A stretch of DNA of 64,000 nt. It comes from Escherichia phage vB_EcoM_FB. Shown here one piece after another: positions 28,236 to 41,943 of the stretch. The stretch lies in the sequence record MT682711.1. The stretch is one strand, 5' to 3'. Numbering within the stretch: position 1 is the first letter of the stretch; each line of letters begins with the position of its first letter. The notes beneath the pieces are model-generated. The model did not search any database, was not told the origin of the DNA, and was given only the letters and a program-made list of their open reading frames with translations. The position numbers and the translations under genes were made by a program.

Positions 28236-29825
28236 ATGATTAACAAATTGGAACTTAGTGAGTTACCATTTGTTGACGGCGTACCTGATGCTCCTCAAAA
28301 GCGTATCCAATGGATACGCGAGGGTGATTGTATGTCTGCAGCAAAAACAAAATACGGCAATGAAGGTAATTTGAACGCTGCTGCTTTAGGAGTTCAGAAA
28401 AACGTTGAAGCTCTTGATGCGAATGATTTGAAAACCGCAGATAAAGTTAACGAACTGGTAGAAAACGTTAATAATATCAATGATGCCTTAGAAATGGCTA
28501 CGGATATTTCCGTCATCCAACAAATTGAGAAAACCCGTGTTGATATCGTAGAGCTTAAGAGAGTAGAAGGCGAAACCACTACTGGGCTAAACAATTTAAC
28601 CATAAATTTAGACCACCTAAAAGAAGACGTTGGTTACCATGACCCTTTACAAGATGGCCCATATTTAACTGTACGTGAAAATATTGTTCTTCTTAAAACC
28701 GAAATAGGTCATTATGAAAACCAGGATATAAATGGTAATCCGTTGCCTCCTGGTGAAACCAGCGAAGCCACCGGTATGAAACGTCGCATCATTGATAATA
28801 CCACTCAATTGGTCGACCATCGTCTTCGCATTGATACCCTTGAAAGGAATTATGAAGATTCTGACGTCGGGCAACTAGGTATTAAATTAAATGAAATTCG
28901 TGCTGAACTTGGGCCCCATTCCGATACGGTAGGTAAACAACAGGCTTATACCCGAATTTCTGTATTAGAAACGGCTGCAATTAATTTCAATACATCTATC
29001 GACGAAATTAAGACTAATATTGATTTCTCCGGTATGCCTATAAAGGACCGAGTAACTACTTTAGAAAGCAAAACTCTTACCCTAGAAAATTCAGTCAACG
29101 TTGATTTAAAACCTCGTGTAACATCAATTGAAACCCAAATAGGTTCTGAATCAACTCCTACTTCTATTAATGGACGTTTAAGCGGTCTTCGTACTGATGT
29201 AAATGACCTTAAAACCATAGTGGGTGTTAGTTCAAGTGATGGCTTACGTTTCCAAGTTACTGATATCAACCGCCGTTTAGGTAGTGAAGTATCTCCGGCA
29301 GCTGGGACCATTAATAAGCGTTTAAATGACGTTATTATCCAAGCAAACCAATCTACTTCATCTATCCAGGATATTCAAGTAGAAATTGGAAATAACCAAT
29401 CCGGTATTAAGGGTACTTTACTTAAACTCACCAATAAGGTTGACGGGACAAACCCTAACGGTACTACTGTAGAAGAACGTGGTCTTATTAACGCGGTTAC
29501 TTCTTTAGAAACCCAGATGTTAGGTAAGTTGAATGATGCCCCTTCCGATGGTAAGCTTTATGCTCGTCGTAATGCTACGTGGACCGAAGTTCCTAACGTT
29601 TCTACTGAAATAGGGACCGTTAAAGCTGATTTAGTTGTTACCGATGGTAATGTGGCAGCTTTAACTTCTAGAGTTACTACAGCAGAAGATAAAATCACTG
29701 CATTAGAAACTGAACTTGCTAAACGTCCACCAGTGGCTCCAGTTGCTGATGGACTTCCATATGTTCTTGTTGATAATGCGTGGGTGCTATTGTCAGATTT
29801 TGTGACTTTAAACCCAGCACCATAA
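28236..29825 (+). CDS. wac: fibritin (whisker)
   Basis: 529 aa, long segmented coiled coil, position between 12 and 13. Confidence 0.75.
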   Translation: MINKLELSELPFVDGVPDAPQKRIQWIREGDCMSAAKTKYGNEGNLNAAALGVQKNVEALDANDLKTADKVNELVENVNNINDALEMATDISVIQQIEKTRVDIVELKRVEGETTTGLNNLTINLDHLKEDVGYHDPLQDGPYLTVRENIVLLKTEIGHYENQDINGNPLPPGETSEATGMKRRIIDNTTQLVDHRLRIDTLERNYEDSDVGQLGIKLNEIRAELGPHSDTVGKQQAYTRISVLETAAINFNTSIDEIKTNIDFSGMPIKDRVTTLESKTLTLENSVNVDLKPRVTSIETQIGSESTPTSINGRLSGLRTDVNDLKTIVGVSSSDGLRFQVTDINRRLGSEVSPAAGTINKRLNDVIIQANQSTSSIQDIQVEIGNNQSGIKGTLLKLTNKVDGTNPNGTTVEERGLINAVTSLETQMLGKLNDAPSDGKLYARRNATWTEVPNVSTEIGTVKADLVVTDGNVAALTSRVTTAEDKITALETELAKRPPVAPVADGLPYVLVDNAWVLLSDFVTLNPAP

Positions 29826-29826
29826 T

Positions 29827-29849
29827 AAAAGGGCTTCGGCCCTTTTTTG
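29827..29849 (+). terminator. rho-independent terminator after wac
   Basis: AAAAGGGCTTCGGCCCTTTTTTG. Confidence 0.7.
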
Positions 29850-29850
29850 C

Positions 29851-29858
29851 TATAAATA
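29851..29858 (+). promoter_or_regulatory. late promoter TATAAATA upstream of gene 13
   Basis: exact match to T4 late consensus, 21 nt before the ATG. Confidence 0.6.
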
Positions 29859-29879
29859 CGGTTATTAGAGGAATAAACC

Positions 29880-30815
29880 ATGGCAAGTGAATCATATAAC
29901 CCTAAGCAACTCAAGGACGCAATCCTGCGCCGCCTGGGTGCACCGATTACGAATATTGAAGTAACTACAGACCAAGTATACGATTGCATCCAGCGCGCCC
30001 TGGAGCTCTACGGTGAGTATCATTATAACGGCTATAACAAAGGTTATCAGGCTTTTTATATAGGCCATGATGACGAAGAAAAATTCCGTAACGGCGTATT
30101 TGACCTTAAAGGCCGTAATATATTTGCAGTAACACAAATTTTAAGAACTAATGTGGGTTCTTTAACATCTATGGATGGCCAAGCGACTTATCCATGGTTT
30201 ACTGATTTTGTATTAGGCCTAGCTGGTATTAATGGCGGTCTTGGAACTTCTTGTAATAGCTTCGGACCTAATGCCTTCGGCGCTGACCTCGGTTATTTTA
30301 CACAATTAATGCAATATCGTTCTATGATGCAGGACCTTTTGGTTCCATTGCCTGATTATTGGTATAACGATGCCACCGAACAATTGAAGGTAATGGGTAA
30401 CTTTGTTAAAGGTGATTTTATTGTAATTGAAGTTTATACTCGCTCTTTTAATGGGGTTGATTCTATGGTAGGAAATACCGCAGGATATGGATATGCCTCT
30501 GGCGGGTGCGACGAAAATGAATGGAGTCCTGGAGCTATTTGGGATAACCCGGCCCGTCGTATTTCAGGTATGAGGGCAGGTGAAGACCTTGGTTTGCAAG
30601 ATGGTTCATATAATAACCGTTGGGTCAAAGATTATGCGACGGCATTGGTTAAAGAAGTCAATGGTAATATTTTGGCCAAACACCAAGGCATGCAACTTGC
30701 GGGTGGAACCACTGTAGATGGTATTCGATTGATTGAAGAAGCTCGTTTAGAAAAAGAACGCCTTCGCGAAGAATTAGATTTACTCGACCCACCAACACCT
30801 ATTTTAATTGGATAA
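29880..30815 (+). CDS. 13: neck protein gp13
   Basis: 311 aa (T4 309), synteny. Confidence 0.8.
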   Translation: MASESYNPKQLKDAILRRLGAPITNIEVTTDQVYDCIQRALELYGEYHYNGYNKGYQAFYIGHDDEEKFRNGVFDLKGRNIFAVTQILRTNVGSLTSMDGQATYPWFTDFVLGLAGINGGLGTSCNSFGPNAFGADLGYFTQLMQYRSMMQDLLVPLPDYWYNDATEQLKVMGNFVKGDFIVIEVYTRSFNGVDSMVGNTAGYGYASGGCDENEWSPGAIWDNPARRISGMRAGEDLGLQDGSYNNRWVKDYATALVKEVNGNILAKHQGMQLAGGTTVDGIRLIEEARLEKERLREELDLLDPPTPILIG

Positions 30816-30817
30816 TT

Positions 30818-31462
30818 ATGAACTATAATAAGATTTACAAATCTTTAATAAATAAGGGCCTCGAAAGAGGTCTAAATAAAAAGAAGGTAGGGTTTTATAC
30901 AGAGAAGCATCATATTGTCCCTAAATCCATGGGTGGTAGTGAAGACAAATCTAATTTTGTTCTTTTAACCGCTAGAGAACATTTTGTAGCTCATCAATTA
31001 TTGTATAAAATACACAAAAACCGTTCTATGGCCCATGCTATGATTAATATGTGTGCTGATAGCACAGGTAATAGGGTTAATTCTAAGTTATTAGATTGGC
31101 ACCGTAAAGCTAAGGCTAGGGCCCAAAGCGAGATGGTTTCAGGTGAAAACCATCCTATGTATAACAAGAAACATAAAAAAGAAACATTAGAAAAAATGAG
31201 ATTGGCCAAATTAGGCGTCCCATGGACTGAAGAAGTTAAGGAATCTAGAAGAGAAGAATTACTTAAAACCTCTGAACATGCTAGGACTTTCATCGACTAT
31301 AAATCTGGCGGAGAAAATTCAGCCGCAAAGAAAATATGTATAGAAGGTATAGTATTTGATTATATGGAAGAAGCGGTTCCTTGGTGTAATATATCAAGAA
31401 GAACTCTTTTAAATAGAATCAAATCTTCAGACCCTAAATGGAGGGATTGGAATTATGTCTAA
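30818..31462 (+). CDS. HNH homing endonuclease
   Basis: HNH core [31 protein letters not shown]; inserted between 13 and 14; overlaps gp14 start. Confidence 0.8.
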   Translation: MNYNKIYKSLINKGLERGLNKKKVGFYTEKHHIVPKSMGGSEDKSNFVLLTAREHFVAHQLLYKIHKNRSMAHAMINMCADSTGNRVNSKLLDWHRKAKARAQSEMVSGENHPMYNKKHKKETLEKMRLAKLGVPWTEEVKESRREELLKTSEHARTFIDYKSGGENSAAKKICIEGIVFDYMEEAVPWCNISRRTLLNRIKSSDPKWRDWNYV

Positions 31463-32231
31463 CACTTTTGATTCAAGCTTATTTGCTAGGCTTGAGGATG
31501 GTTCAGGTTACGTTAATACAAATAAAAGCGAAATTCTCAATCCGTTCGTCAACTTTTATCGCCATGAGAATACTCAAACATTGGCCGATGCTTTAGTTGC
31601 AGAATCTATCCAAATGAGGGGAATTCCTTTATATTATATCCCTAGACAGTATGTTAAGCCTGACCAATTGTTCGGCGAAGACCTCCAAAACAAGTTTACA
31701 GTGGCCTGGAAATTTGCAGGTTATTTGGATTCCTTTGAAGGTTATTCCGGTGACAATACTTATTTCAGTAAGTTCGGTATGATGGTTAATGATGAAGTAA
31801 CAATCACAATTAACCCTAACCTTTTTAAACATCAATGCAATGGCACTGAACCTGTTTCAGGTGATTTGATTTATTTCCCAATGGACAACAGCCTATTCGA
31901 AATTAACTGGGTACAACCTTACGACCCATTCTATCAAGTAGGAGCTAACGTCCAGCGGCGCATCACCGCTACCAAGTTCATTTACAATGGTGAAGAACTT
32001 CGCCCTGAATTACAGAGAAATGAAGGTATTAATATCCCTGAGTTTAGTGAGCTTGATTTAATGCCTGTTAAGAATATCGACGGATTGGCTGATATCTCCG
32101 ACATTCAATATGAAGAGGTCAATGAGATTAATGCTGAAGCGGCGGAATTCGTACATCCTTATGTTGTAATTAATGGACGAGGAGAGGATGCTCCTCCTAC
32201 AGCATTTGATGATGCTTTTTTAGATGATTAA
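31455..32231 (+). CDS. 14: neck protein gp14
   Basis: 258 aa (T4 256), synteny. Confidence 0.8.
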   Translation: MSNTFDSSLFARLEDGSGYVNTNKSEILNPFVNFYRHENTQTLADALVAESIQMRGIPLYYIPRQYVKPDQLFGEDLQNKFTVAWKFAGYLDSFEGYSGDNTYFSKFGMMVNDEVTITINPNLFKHQCNGTEPVSGDLIYFPMDNSLFEINWVQPYDPFYQVGANVQRRITATKFIYNGEELRPELQRNEGINIPEFSELDLMPVKNIDGLADISDIQYEEVNEINAEAAEFVHPYVVINGRGEDAPPTAFDDAFLDD

Positions 32232-32238
32232 ATAATAC

Positions 32239-32260
32239 ATGGCGCATGGTGCGCCATTTT
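32239..32260 (+). terminator. hairpin / weak terminator after gene 14
   Basis: ATGGCGCA-TGG-TGCGCCAT followed by TTTT. Confidence 0.5.
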
Positions 32261-32270
32261 AGGAGGTTTG

Positions 32271-33133
32271 ATGTTTGGACATTGGTATAATAGTTCGCTA
32301 CGTCGCTATATTGTTTTGATGGGTGATTTATTTTCCCATGTTCAAGTAGCACGTCAAAGAGAAGATACAGGACTTAAATTTATTAAGGTTCCTATTACGT
32401 ATGCTTCTAAAGAAAGATTTATGGCAAATTTGGGTAAATGGACGGCAGTACAGAATATTCCAAATCCTAATATGACAGCTAAAGAACGGGCCGAACAAAA
32501 AGCTAAAGTGGAAACAGTTCTTCCGCGTATGAACCTCCAAATGGTTGATATGCTTTACAACTCACAATATAAAACAGCCCTTCAAAACAGAACACAAATT
32601 CAATTTGAGAATGGCGACCCACGTAAGCGTGTCAGCCAATATTCTCCTACTCCGGTTAAAATGATTTTCGAACTGGGTATTTACACTAGAACCCAAGATG
32701 ATATGTTCCAAATTGTAGAACAGATTATGCCTTATTTCCAACCTCACTTCAATACAACTATCACTGAACTCTATACAAACGAAATTAAATTTGACCGTGA
32801 TATCCGTATTGTGTTCCAATCTATAGCAATGGATGAACAATTAGAAGGTGATACCACTTCTAGACGTCGCTTAGAGTGGTCTATGATGTTTGAGGTTAAT
32901 GGTTGGTTATATCCTCCTGTGAAGGAAATGGAAGGCGAAATTAAAACCATTTATCTTGATTTCTTTGCCAACTCAAAGGAACTCGCTCCTGAAGGTAATT
33001 TCGAATCGGTTGATAGCGAAGTGGTTCCTAGAGGTGTAGAAGAAAAAGAATGGGACGGTAAGTCCATTCAAACATATTCACAAGATATTCCAGTGCCTGT
33101 CGAGCCAGCGCCTCCAGCACCAAGGAGAAACCC

Positions 33134-33137
<4 letters not shown>
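32271..33137 (+). CDS. 15: tail sheath stabiliser / terminator gp15
   Basis: ATG at 32271 after AGGAGG (track start 32268 is TTG); matches T4 gp15 blocks [35 protein letters not shown]. Confidence 0.9.
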
Positions 33138-35447
<2,310 letters not shown>

Positions 35448-35476
35448 ACAATAAAGCATAACCAAGAGGATTCAAA

Positions 35477-37459
35477 ATGTCTTTATTATCACCGGGCATT
35501 GAGCTCAAAGAAACGTCCGTACAGAGTACTGTCGTTCGTAACGCAACGGGTCGTGCAGCGCTGGTTGGTAAATTCCAGTGGGGCCCTGCTTTCCAGGTAA
35601 CTCAGATTACTAATGAAGTTGAACTGGTCGACTTATTTGGAGGTCCTAATAACGAAGTTGCCGATTACTTCATGTCAGGTATGAACTTCCTCCAGTATGG
35701 TAACGACCTTCGTACTGTTCGTGTTGTTAACCGCGAATTCGCTAAAAACGCGTCTCCGGTAGCAGGTAACGTCCAAACCACTATTACTACTGCAGGTTCT
35801 AACTATGCGGTAGGCGATAAAATTAATATCAAATATAACCAGACTGTTGTTGAATCTGAAGGTCGTGTAACTTCGGTTGATACAGACGGTAAAATTCTAT
35901 CAGTGTTTATTCCTACCGGCAAGATTATTTCTTATGCTCGTTCTGTTAACCAGTATCCGAACCTAGGCCCTGCGTGGACTGCTGAAGCTACTTCTGCCTC
36001 TTCCGGTGTTTCTGGTACTATTACCGTCGGTAAAATCGTAACCGATTCCGGTATTCTTTTGACCGAAGCAGAGAACAGTGAAGAAGCTATTACTTCCCTA
36101 GAATTCCAAGCATCTCTTAAACAGTTTGGTATGCCTGGCGTGGTCGCTCTTTATCCTGGTGAAATTGGCAGCACCTTAGAAGTTGAAATTGTTTCTAAAG
36201 CGGCTTATGACGCTGGTTCTACTAAAATGTTGGATATTTATCCAAATGGCGGTACTCGTGCTTCTGTAGCTAAAGCGGTATTCAACTACGGTCCTCAGTC
36301 CGATAACCAGTATGCTATTATTGTTCGTCGTGATGGTGCAATCGTAGAATCCGTCGTACTTTCTACCAAAGAAGGTGAAAAAGACGTTTACGGTAATAAC
36401 ATTTATCTCGATGACTATTTCGCTAAAGGTACTTCTAACTATATTTTTGCTACCTCTTTGAACTGGCCTAAAGGCTTCAGTGGTATCATTAATCTTATGG
36501 GTGGTGTATCTGCTAACGATCAGGTTACTGCGAGTGATTTGATGCAGGGTTGGGATTTGTTTGCCGACCGTGAAGCACTCCATATTAACCTTTTGATTGC
36601 TGGTGCCGTTGCCGGTGAAGGTGATGAAGTTGCTTCTACCGTCCAGAAACACGTTGTTAGTATTGCTGATGAACGTCAGGATTGCTTGGCATTTATTTCT
36701 CCTCCTAAAGGACTGTTGGTTAACGTTCCATTGACTCGTGCAGTAGATAATCTTATCGACTGGCGTACCGGTGCAGGTACTTTCGATACCAACAACATGA
36801 ACATTAGCACCACTTATGCTGCTATTGATGGTAACTATAAATATCAGTATGACAAATATAATGACGTAAACCGTTGGGTGCCTCTGGCCGCTGATATGGC
36901 TGGTTTGTGTGCACGTACTGATGATGTTTCTCAGCCTTGGATGTCTCCGGCAGGTTATAACCGTGGCCAGATTCTTAACGTTCTGAAATTGGCAATTGAA
37001 CCACGTCAAGCACAACGTGACCGCATGTACCAGGAAGCTATTAACCCAGTTGTTGGTTTTGCTGGTGGCGATGGTTTCGTATTGTTTGGTGATAAGACTG
37101 CAACCAAAGTTCCATCTCCGATGGACCACATTAACGTTCGCCGTCTGTTCAACATGCTTAAGAAAAATATCGGTGATGCCTCTAAATATAAACTGTTTGA
37201 ATTGAACGACAACTTCACTCGTTCAAGCTTCCGTATGGAAGTTTCTCAGTACTTAGATGGTATTAAGGCACTTGGTGGGATTTATGAAGGACGTGTGGTT
37301 TGTGATACTACAGTGAACACCCCTGCGGTTATCGACCGTAACGAGTTTATTGCTAATATCTACGTTAAACCGGCCCGTTCTATTAACTACATCACGTTGA
37401 ACTTCGTTGCAACGAGCACTGGTGCTGATTTTGATGAATTGATTGGACCTTTAGTATAA
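35477..37459 (+). CDS. 18: tail sheath protein gp18
   Basis: 660 aa; extensive identity to T4 gp18 as recalled. Confidence 0.95.
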   Translation: MSLLSPGIELKETSVQSTVVRNATGRAALVGKFQWGPAFQVTQITNEVELVDLFGGPNNEVADYFMSGMNFLQYGNDLRTVRVVNREFAKNASPVAGNVQTTITTAGSNYAVGDKINIKYNQTVVESEGRVTSVDTDGKILSVFIPTGKIISYARSVNQYPNLGPAWTAEATSASSGVSGTITVGKIVTDSGILLTEAENSEEAITSLEFQASLKQFGMPGVVALYPGEIGSTLEVEIVSKAAYDAGSTKMLDIYPNGGTRASVAKAVFNYGPQSDNQYAIIVRRDGAIVESVVLSTKEGEKDVYGNNIYLDDYFAKGTSNYIFATSLNWPKGFSGIINLMGGVSANDQVTASDLMQGWDLFADREALHINLLIAGAVAGEGDEVASTVQKHVVSIADERQDCLAFISPPKGLLVNVPLTRAVDNLIDWRTGAGTFDTNNMNISTTYAAIDGNYKYQYDKYNDVNRWVPLAADMAGLCARTDDVSQPWMSPAGYNRGQILNVLKLAIEPRQAQRDRMYQEAINPVVGFAGGDGFVLFGDKTATKVPSPMDHINVRRLFNMLKKNIGDASKYKLFELNDNFTRSSFRMEVSQYLDGIKALGGIYEGRVVCDTTVNTPAVIDRNEFIANIYVKPARSINYITLNFVATSTGADFDELIGPLV

Positions 37460-37584
37460 TCTATTATCCCAGGCTGTAATATAAAGAACCTAAAACCATT
37501 ATACCATGAGTTTGGTTACAGCGTACATCACGCAGAATTGCGCCTGGGGTTGATTATTCTTTAGGAATATGATTTATCAACTGT

Positions 37585-37592
37585 TATAAATA
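37585..37592 (+). promoter_or_regulatory. late promoter TATAAATA upstream of gene 19
   Basis: exact consensus; followed by hairpin GTTCCTGG-TGTGT-CCAGGAAC at 37605-37625 just before the RBS. Confidence 0.55.
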
Positions 37593-37644
37593 AATTAATC
37601 AGAACGTTCCTGGTGTGTCCAGGAACCGACTTAAGAGGCATCCC

Positions 37645-38136
37645 ATGGAGTTGACAGATATCACTCGTGCATTTGAGTCAGGTGACTTTGCACGCCCTAA
37701 CCTTTTCGAAGTGGAAATTCCATTTCTTGGTAAAAACTTTAGCTTTAAATGTAAAGCAGCACCAATGCCTGCTGGCATTGTAGAAAAAGTACCGGTTGGC
37801 TACATGAACCGTAAAATTAACGTAGCTGGTGACCGTACGTTTGATGATTGGACAATTACCATTTATAACGATGATGCACATGACACCCGTCAAGCAATTG
37901 TTGATTGGCAGAATCTCTGTCATGGTATGACCAATGAAATTACCGGTGCAGCACCTGCAGAATATAAGAAACAAGCAGTAGTTCGCCAGTTCCATCGTGA
38001 CGGCAAGACTGTGACCAAAGAAGTTACAATTTACGGCTTATGGCCTACTAACGTTGGTGAAGTCCAGATGGATTGGGACAGCAACAACGAGGTAGAAACT
38101 TTCGAATCTACGTTCGCTATCGATTGGTGGGAATGA
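37645..38136 (+). CDS. 19: tail tube protein gp19
   Basis: ATG at 37645 after AAGAGG gives 163 aa as in T4 (track start 37615 is GTG); TRAFESGDFARPNLF matches T4 gp19. Confidence 0.95.
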   Translation: MELTDITRAFESGDFARPNLFEVEIPFLGKNFSFKCKAAPMPAGIVEKVPVGYMNRKINVAGDRTFDDWTITIYNDDAHDTRQAIVDWQNLCHGMTNEITGAAPAEYKKQAVVRQFHRDGKTVTKEVTIYGLWPTNVGEVQMDWDSNNEVETFESTFAIDWWE

Positions 38137-38137
38137 G

Positions 38138-38145
38138 TATAAATA
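38138..38145 (+). promoter_or_regulatory. late promoter TATAAATA upstream of gene 20
   Basis: exact consensus 2 nt after gp19 stop; hairpin GGAGC-TTCG-GCTCC in the leader. Confidence 0.55.
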
Positions 38146-38193
38146 GAATTATCAAGGAGCTTCGGCTCCTTATCCCATTCATCGGAGACTCTA

Positions 38194-39768
38194 ATGGCAA
38201 ACTTTAATACAATATTAAGTTTTCTTAAGCCATGGGCTAATGAAGACGAAAAAGAATATAAACAACAAATTAATAACAATTTAGAGTCTGTCACCGCACC
38301 TAAGCTTGATGATGGCGCTCGCGAAATTGAGACACAAGAGCAAAATATTCCTTATAATGCTCTTATGCAACAGATGTTTGGTAGTAATGAGCCTGAAGTT
38401 AAAAATACCAGGGAACTTATTGATACCTACCGTAATTTAATGAACAACTATGAAGTCGACAACGCCGTACAGGAAATTGTGTCTGACGCTATTGTCTATG
38501 AGGATGATAAAGAAGTAGTTGCATTGAATTTAGACGGGACAGAATTTAGTCAAGCAATTAAAGATAAAATCTTGGCCGAATTCAGTGAAGTTTTAAACCT
38601 TTTAAATTTCCAACGTAAAGGTACTGACCATTTCCAACGCTGGTATGTAGACTCAAGAATTTTCTTTCATAAAATTATAAACCCTAAAAAAATGAAAGAT
38701 GGCGTACAAGAGCTTCGTCGCTTAGACCCACGCCAAGTCCAATATATTCGTGAAATCGTTACACGTATGGAAGATGGCGTTAAAGTTGTAGACGGATATC
38801 GCGAGTTTTTCGTTTATGATACAGGCCATGAAAGTTATTGCGCTGATGGACGCATTTATTCAGCCGGGACTAAAGTTAAAATTCCTCGTGCTGCAGTGGT
38901 TTATGCTCATTCTGGATTATTAGATTGTTGTGGTAAAAACATCATTGGCTATTTGCAACGTGCTATTAAGCCTGCAAACCAGCTTAAATTGATGGAAGAC
39001 GCAATGGTCATCTACCGTATTACACGTGCTCCCGACCGTCGTGTGTTTTATATCGATACAGGTAATATGCCTTCACGTAAGGCTGCAGCACAAATGCAAC
39101 ATATCATGAACACGATGAAAAACCGTGTGGTGTATGATGCTTCGACAGGTAAAATTAAAAACCAACAACACAATATGTCCATGACTGAAGACTATTGGTT
39201 GCAACGTCGTGATGGTAAAGCGGTAACAGAAGTTGATACAATGCCAGGTGCTACTGGTATGAGTGATATGGATGACGTTCTTTATTTCCGCACAGCACTT
39301 TACCGTGCGTTGCGTGTTCCTGAATCACGTATCCCTAGCGAGTCTAATTCTGGTGTTATGTTTGATGCCGGTACAGCAATCACTCGTGACGAATTAAAAT
39401 TCTCTAAATGGATTCGTCAACTACAAAACAAATTTGAAGAAATTTTCCTAGACCCGTTAAAAACAAACCTCATTCTTAAAAAGATTATTACAGAAGATGA
39501 GTGGGAAAAGGAAATAAATAATATTAAAGTTACGTTTAACCGTGATAGCTATTTCAGTGAAATGAAAGATGCTGAAATCATGGAACGCAGAATCAATATG
39601 CTAACGATGGCTGAACCATTTATTGGTAAGTATATTTCACATCAAACGGCTATGAAAGATTTCCTCCAAATGACCGACGAAGAAATTAATCAAGAAGCTA
39701 AGCAAATTGAAGAAGAGTCTAAAGAGGCTCGTTTCCAAAACCCAGATGAAGAAGAAGAGGATTTCTAA
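38194..39768 (+). CDS. 20: portal vertex protein gp20
   Basis: 524 aa, identical length to T4 gp20; synteny. Confidence 0.9.
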   Translation: MANFNTILSFLKPWANEDEKEYKQQINNNLESVTAPKLDDGAREIETQEQNIPYNALMQQMFGSNEPEVKNTRELIDTYRNLMNNYEVDNAVQEIVSDAIVYEDDKEVVALNLDGTEFSQAIKDKILAEFSEVLNLLNFQRKGTDHFQRWYVDSRIFFHKIINPKKMKDGVQELRRLDPRQVQYIREIVTRMEDGVKVVDGYREFFVYDTGHESYCADGRIYSAGTKVKIPRAAVVYAHSGLLDCCGKNIIGYLQRAIKPANQLKLMEDAMVIYRITRAPDRRVFYIDTGNMPSRKAAAQMQHIMNTMKNRVVYDASTGKIKNQQHNMSMTEDYWLQRRDGKAVTEVDTMPGATGMSDMDDVLYFRTALYRALRVPESRIPSESNSGVMFDAGTAITRDELKFSKWIRQLQNKFEEIFLDPLKTNLILKKIITEDEWEKEINNIKVTFNRDSYFSEMKDAEIMERRINMLTMAEPFIGKYISHQTAMKDFLQMTDEEINQEAKQIEEESKEARFQNPDEEEEDF

Positions 39769-40013
39769 TGGAAGATTTAATCGAAGCTATTAAATCAAAC
39801 GACCTCGTAGCAGTTCGTAAAGCAGCAGCCCCGCTTATCGAATCTCGAGTAACCGCTTTGATTGAAGCCCGTAAAGCAGAAATTGCTCGCTCCGTTATGA
39901 TTGAAGGCGAAGAAGCTGACGAAGATGACGAAGACGACGAAAAATCCGATAAAGCAGATAAGAAAGACAAAAAAGAATCTGACGATGCGGATGATGACGA
40001 GGACGACGAATAA
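39768..40013 (+). CDS. 67: prohead core protein gp67
   Basis: 81 aa, highly acidic C-terminus, position after gene 20. Confidence 0.7.
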   Translation: MEDLIEAIKSNDLVAVRKAAAPLIESRVTALIEARKAEIARSVMIEGEEADEDDEDDEKSDKADKKDKKESDDADDDEDDE

Positions 40014-40441
40014 TGTTCCTTATCCCTGATGATTACGAATTAACTCTAGAAAGCGTAGAGGCCAAAATTCCAGAAGCACAGGGACGTTTTGCTGCTCTTT
40101 CTGAAGCGCTCGAGAAAAGCGATATAAATAATCTTGTAGAGAACATGATTGCTGAAGGCGATATCGAATGTGCTATCGCTCTTGGTTCTTTAAATGAATC
40201 AATGGCTCTTAACGAATTTATAGTTAAACACGTTTCCTCTAAAGGTGAGCTTACTCGTACTAAAGATATTAAAACCCGTCAACGTAATGCGTTCCAAACG
40301 ACAGGTTTATCTAAAGCAAAACGCCGTCAGATTGCTCGTAAAGCATCTAAAACCAAACGTGCTAATCCGTCTACTCAAGTACGTGCCGAACGTAAGCGTA
40401 AGAAAGCCCGTTCTAAACGTAAAGCTTTTGGACTCAACTAA
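40013..40441 (+). CDS. 68: prohead core protein gp68
   Basis: 142 aa (T4 141), basic C-terminus, synteny. Confidence 0.7.
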   Translation: MFLIPDDYELTLESVEAKIPEAQGRFAALSEALEKSDINNLVENMIAEGDIECAIALGSLNESMALNEFIVKHVSSKGELTRTKDIKTRQRNAFQTTGLSKAKRRQIARKASKTKRANPSTQVRAERKRKKARSKRKAFGLN

Positions 40442-41076
40442 TGAAACCTGAATTGCTCATCGAACATTGGGGACAACCAGGTGAAATTATCGATGGGGTT
40501 CCTATGTTGGAATCTCATGATGGAAAAAATTCTGGGCTTGCTCCCGGCCTTTATATAGAAGGCATTTTCATGCAAGCAGAGGTAGTTAACCGTAATAAAC
40601 GGCTTTACCCAAAACCTATTTTGGAAAAAGCCGTTGCCGATTATATGGCAGAACAGGTTGCTACTAAACAAGCTTTAGGAGAATTAAACCACCCACCTCG
40701 TGCTAACGTTGACCCTATGCAAGCTGCTATCATTATTGAAGATATGTGGTGGAAAGGTAATGATGTTTATGGACGTGCACGTATCATCGAAGGTGACCAT
40801 GGCCCGGGTGATAAACTAGCTGCAAATATCCGAGCTGGCTGGGTTCCTGGTGTTAGTTCTCGCGGTCTTGGTTCTTTAACTGAAACCAATAAAGGATATA
40901 AGCGTGTAAACGAAGGTTATAAATTAACCGTCGGTGTTGATGCAGTATGGGGACCATCTGCTCCTGATGCTTATGTAACTCCGAAGCAAATTACAGAATC
41001 ACAAACGGTAGAAACCGATACCAGTGCCGATGACGCCTTTATGGCTCTCGCAGAGGCCATGAAAAAAGCGTTATAA
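40441..41076 (+). CDS. 21: prohead core protease gp21
   Basis: 211 aa (T4 212), synteny. Confidence 0.85.
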   Translation: MKPELLIEHWGQPGEIIDGVPMLESHDGKNSGLAPGLYIEGIFMQAEVVNRNKRLYPKPILEKAVADYMAEQVATKQALGELNHPPRANVDPMQAAIIIEDMWWKGNDVYGRARIIEGDHGPGDKLAANIRAGWVPGVSSRGLGSLTETNKGYKRVNEGYKLTVGVDAVWGPSAPDAYVTPKQITESQTVETDTSADDAFMALAEAMKKAL

Positions 41077-41079
41077 ATA
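41072..41079 (+). promoter_or_regulatory. late promoter TATAAATA upstream of gene 22
   Basis: exact consensus overlapping gp21 stop. Confidence 0.6.
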
Positions 41080-41106
41080 TTATTATCTAAACAACAGGAC
41101 TACAAA

Positions 41107-41922
41107 ATGCTTAAAGAACAACTGATCGCCGAAGCACAGAATATTGATGCTTCCGTTGCTCTTGACAGTATTTTCGAATCAGTTAATATTTCTCCGGAAG
41201 CAAAAGAAACTTTCGGCACTGTATTCGAAGCTACCGTCAAGCAACACGCCGTGAAACTGGCTGAATCTCACATCGCTAAAATCGCTGAAAAAGCGGAAGA
41301 AGAAGTCGAGAAAAATAAAGAAGAAGCTGAAGAAAAAGCCGATAAGAAAATCCAAGAAGCTGCCGGTCGTTTCCTTGACCACGTTGCTAAAGAATGGATG
41401 GCTGAAAACCAGCTGGCTGTTGATAAAGGTATTAAAGCCGAACTGTTCGAATCCATGTTGATGGGTATGAAAGAACTGTTTGTTGAACACAATGTGGTTG
41501 TTCCAGAAGAAGCAGTAGATGTTGTTGCTGAAATGGAAGAAGAACTCCAAGAGCAGAAAGATGAAACCGCTCGTCTGTTCGAAGAAGTTGGTAAGCGCGA
41601 CGCGTATATTAATTACGTACAGCGTGAAGTTGCTGTTACGGAAGCAACTAAAGACCTGACTGAATCCCAAAAAGAAAAAGTTAGTTCTCTGGTAGAAGGC
41701 ATGGATTATTCCGATGCATTCGGTAGAAAAATTGGCGCTATTGTTGAAATGGTTAAAGGTCAGTCTGACGTTGAAAACCCAATCACCGAAGCCGCTATAA
41801 ATAAAAATGTAGTCGATGCTGCGGCACTGAATTACATTTCAGAAGCAGTTGAAGAAAAAGGCGCTAAGCCTACCCTGTCCTTCGCGGACCTGTCTGCAAT
41901 CGCAGCATCACGAATTTCTTAA
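41107..41922 (+). CDS. 22: prohead core scaffold protein gp22
   Basis: 271 aa, acidic helical, between 21 and 23. Confidence 0.85.
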   Translation: MLKEQLIAEAQNIDASVALDSIFESVNISPEAKETFGTVFEATVKQHAVKLAESHIAKIAEKAEEEVEKNKEEAEEKADKKIQEAAGRFLDHVAKEWMAENQLAVDKGIKAELFESMLMGMKELFVEHNVVVPEEAVDVVAEMEEELQEQKDETARLFEEVGKRDAYINYVQREVAVTEATKDLTESQKEKVSSLVEGMDYSDAFGRKIGAIVEMVKGQSDVENPITEAAINKNVVDAAALNYISEAVEEKGAKPTLSFADLSAIAASRIS

Positions 41923-41943
41923 TTTAATAAGGTTATACAACAC

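Noticed and set aside
26700-29825. Nucleotide-level repeats within gp12 and fibritin
   Set aside because: Reflect repetitive protein architecture (fibre shaft repeats, coiled-coil heptads) in frame, not independent DNA elements
36176-37129. 317-aa minus-strand ORF
   Set aside because: Antisense to tail sheath gene 18; low-complexity product, no RBS
41179-41670. 163-aa minus-strand ORF rich in Phe
   Set aside because: Antisense to scaffold gene 22; product is essentially poly-Phe/Ser from the complement of GAA/GAG-rich codons
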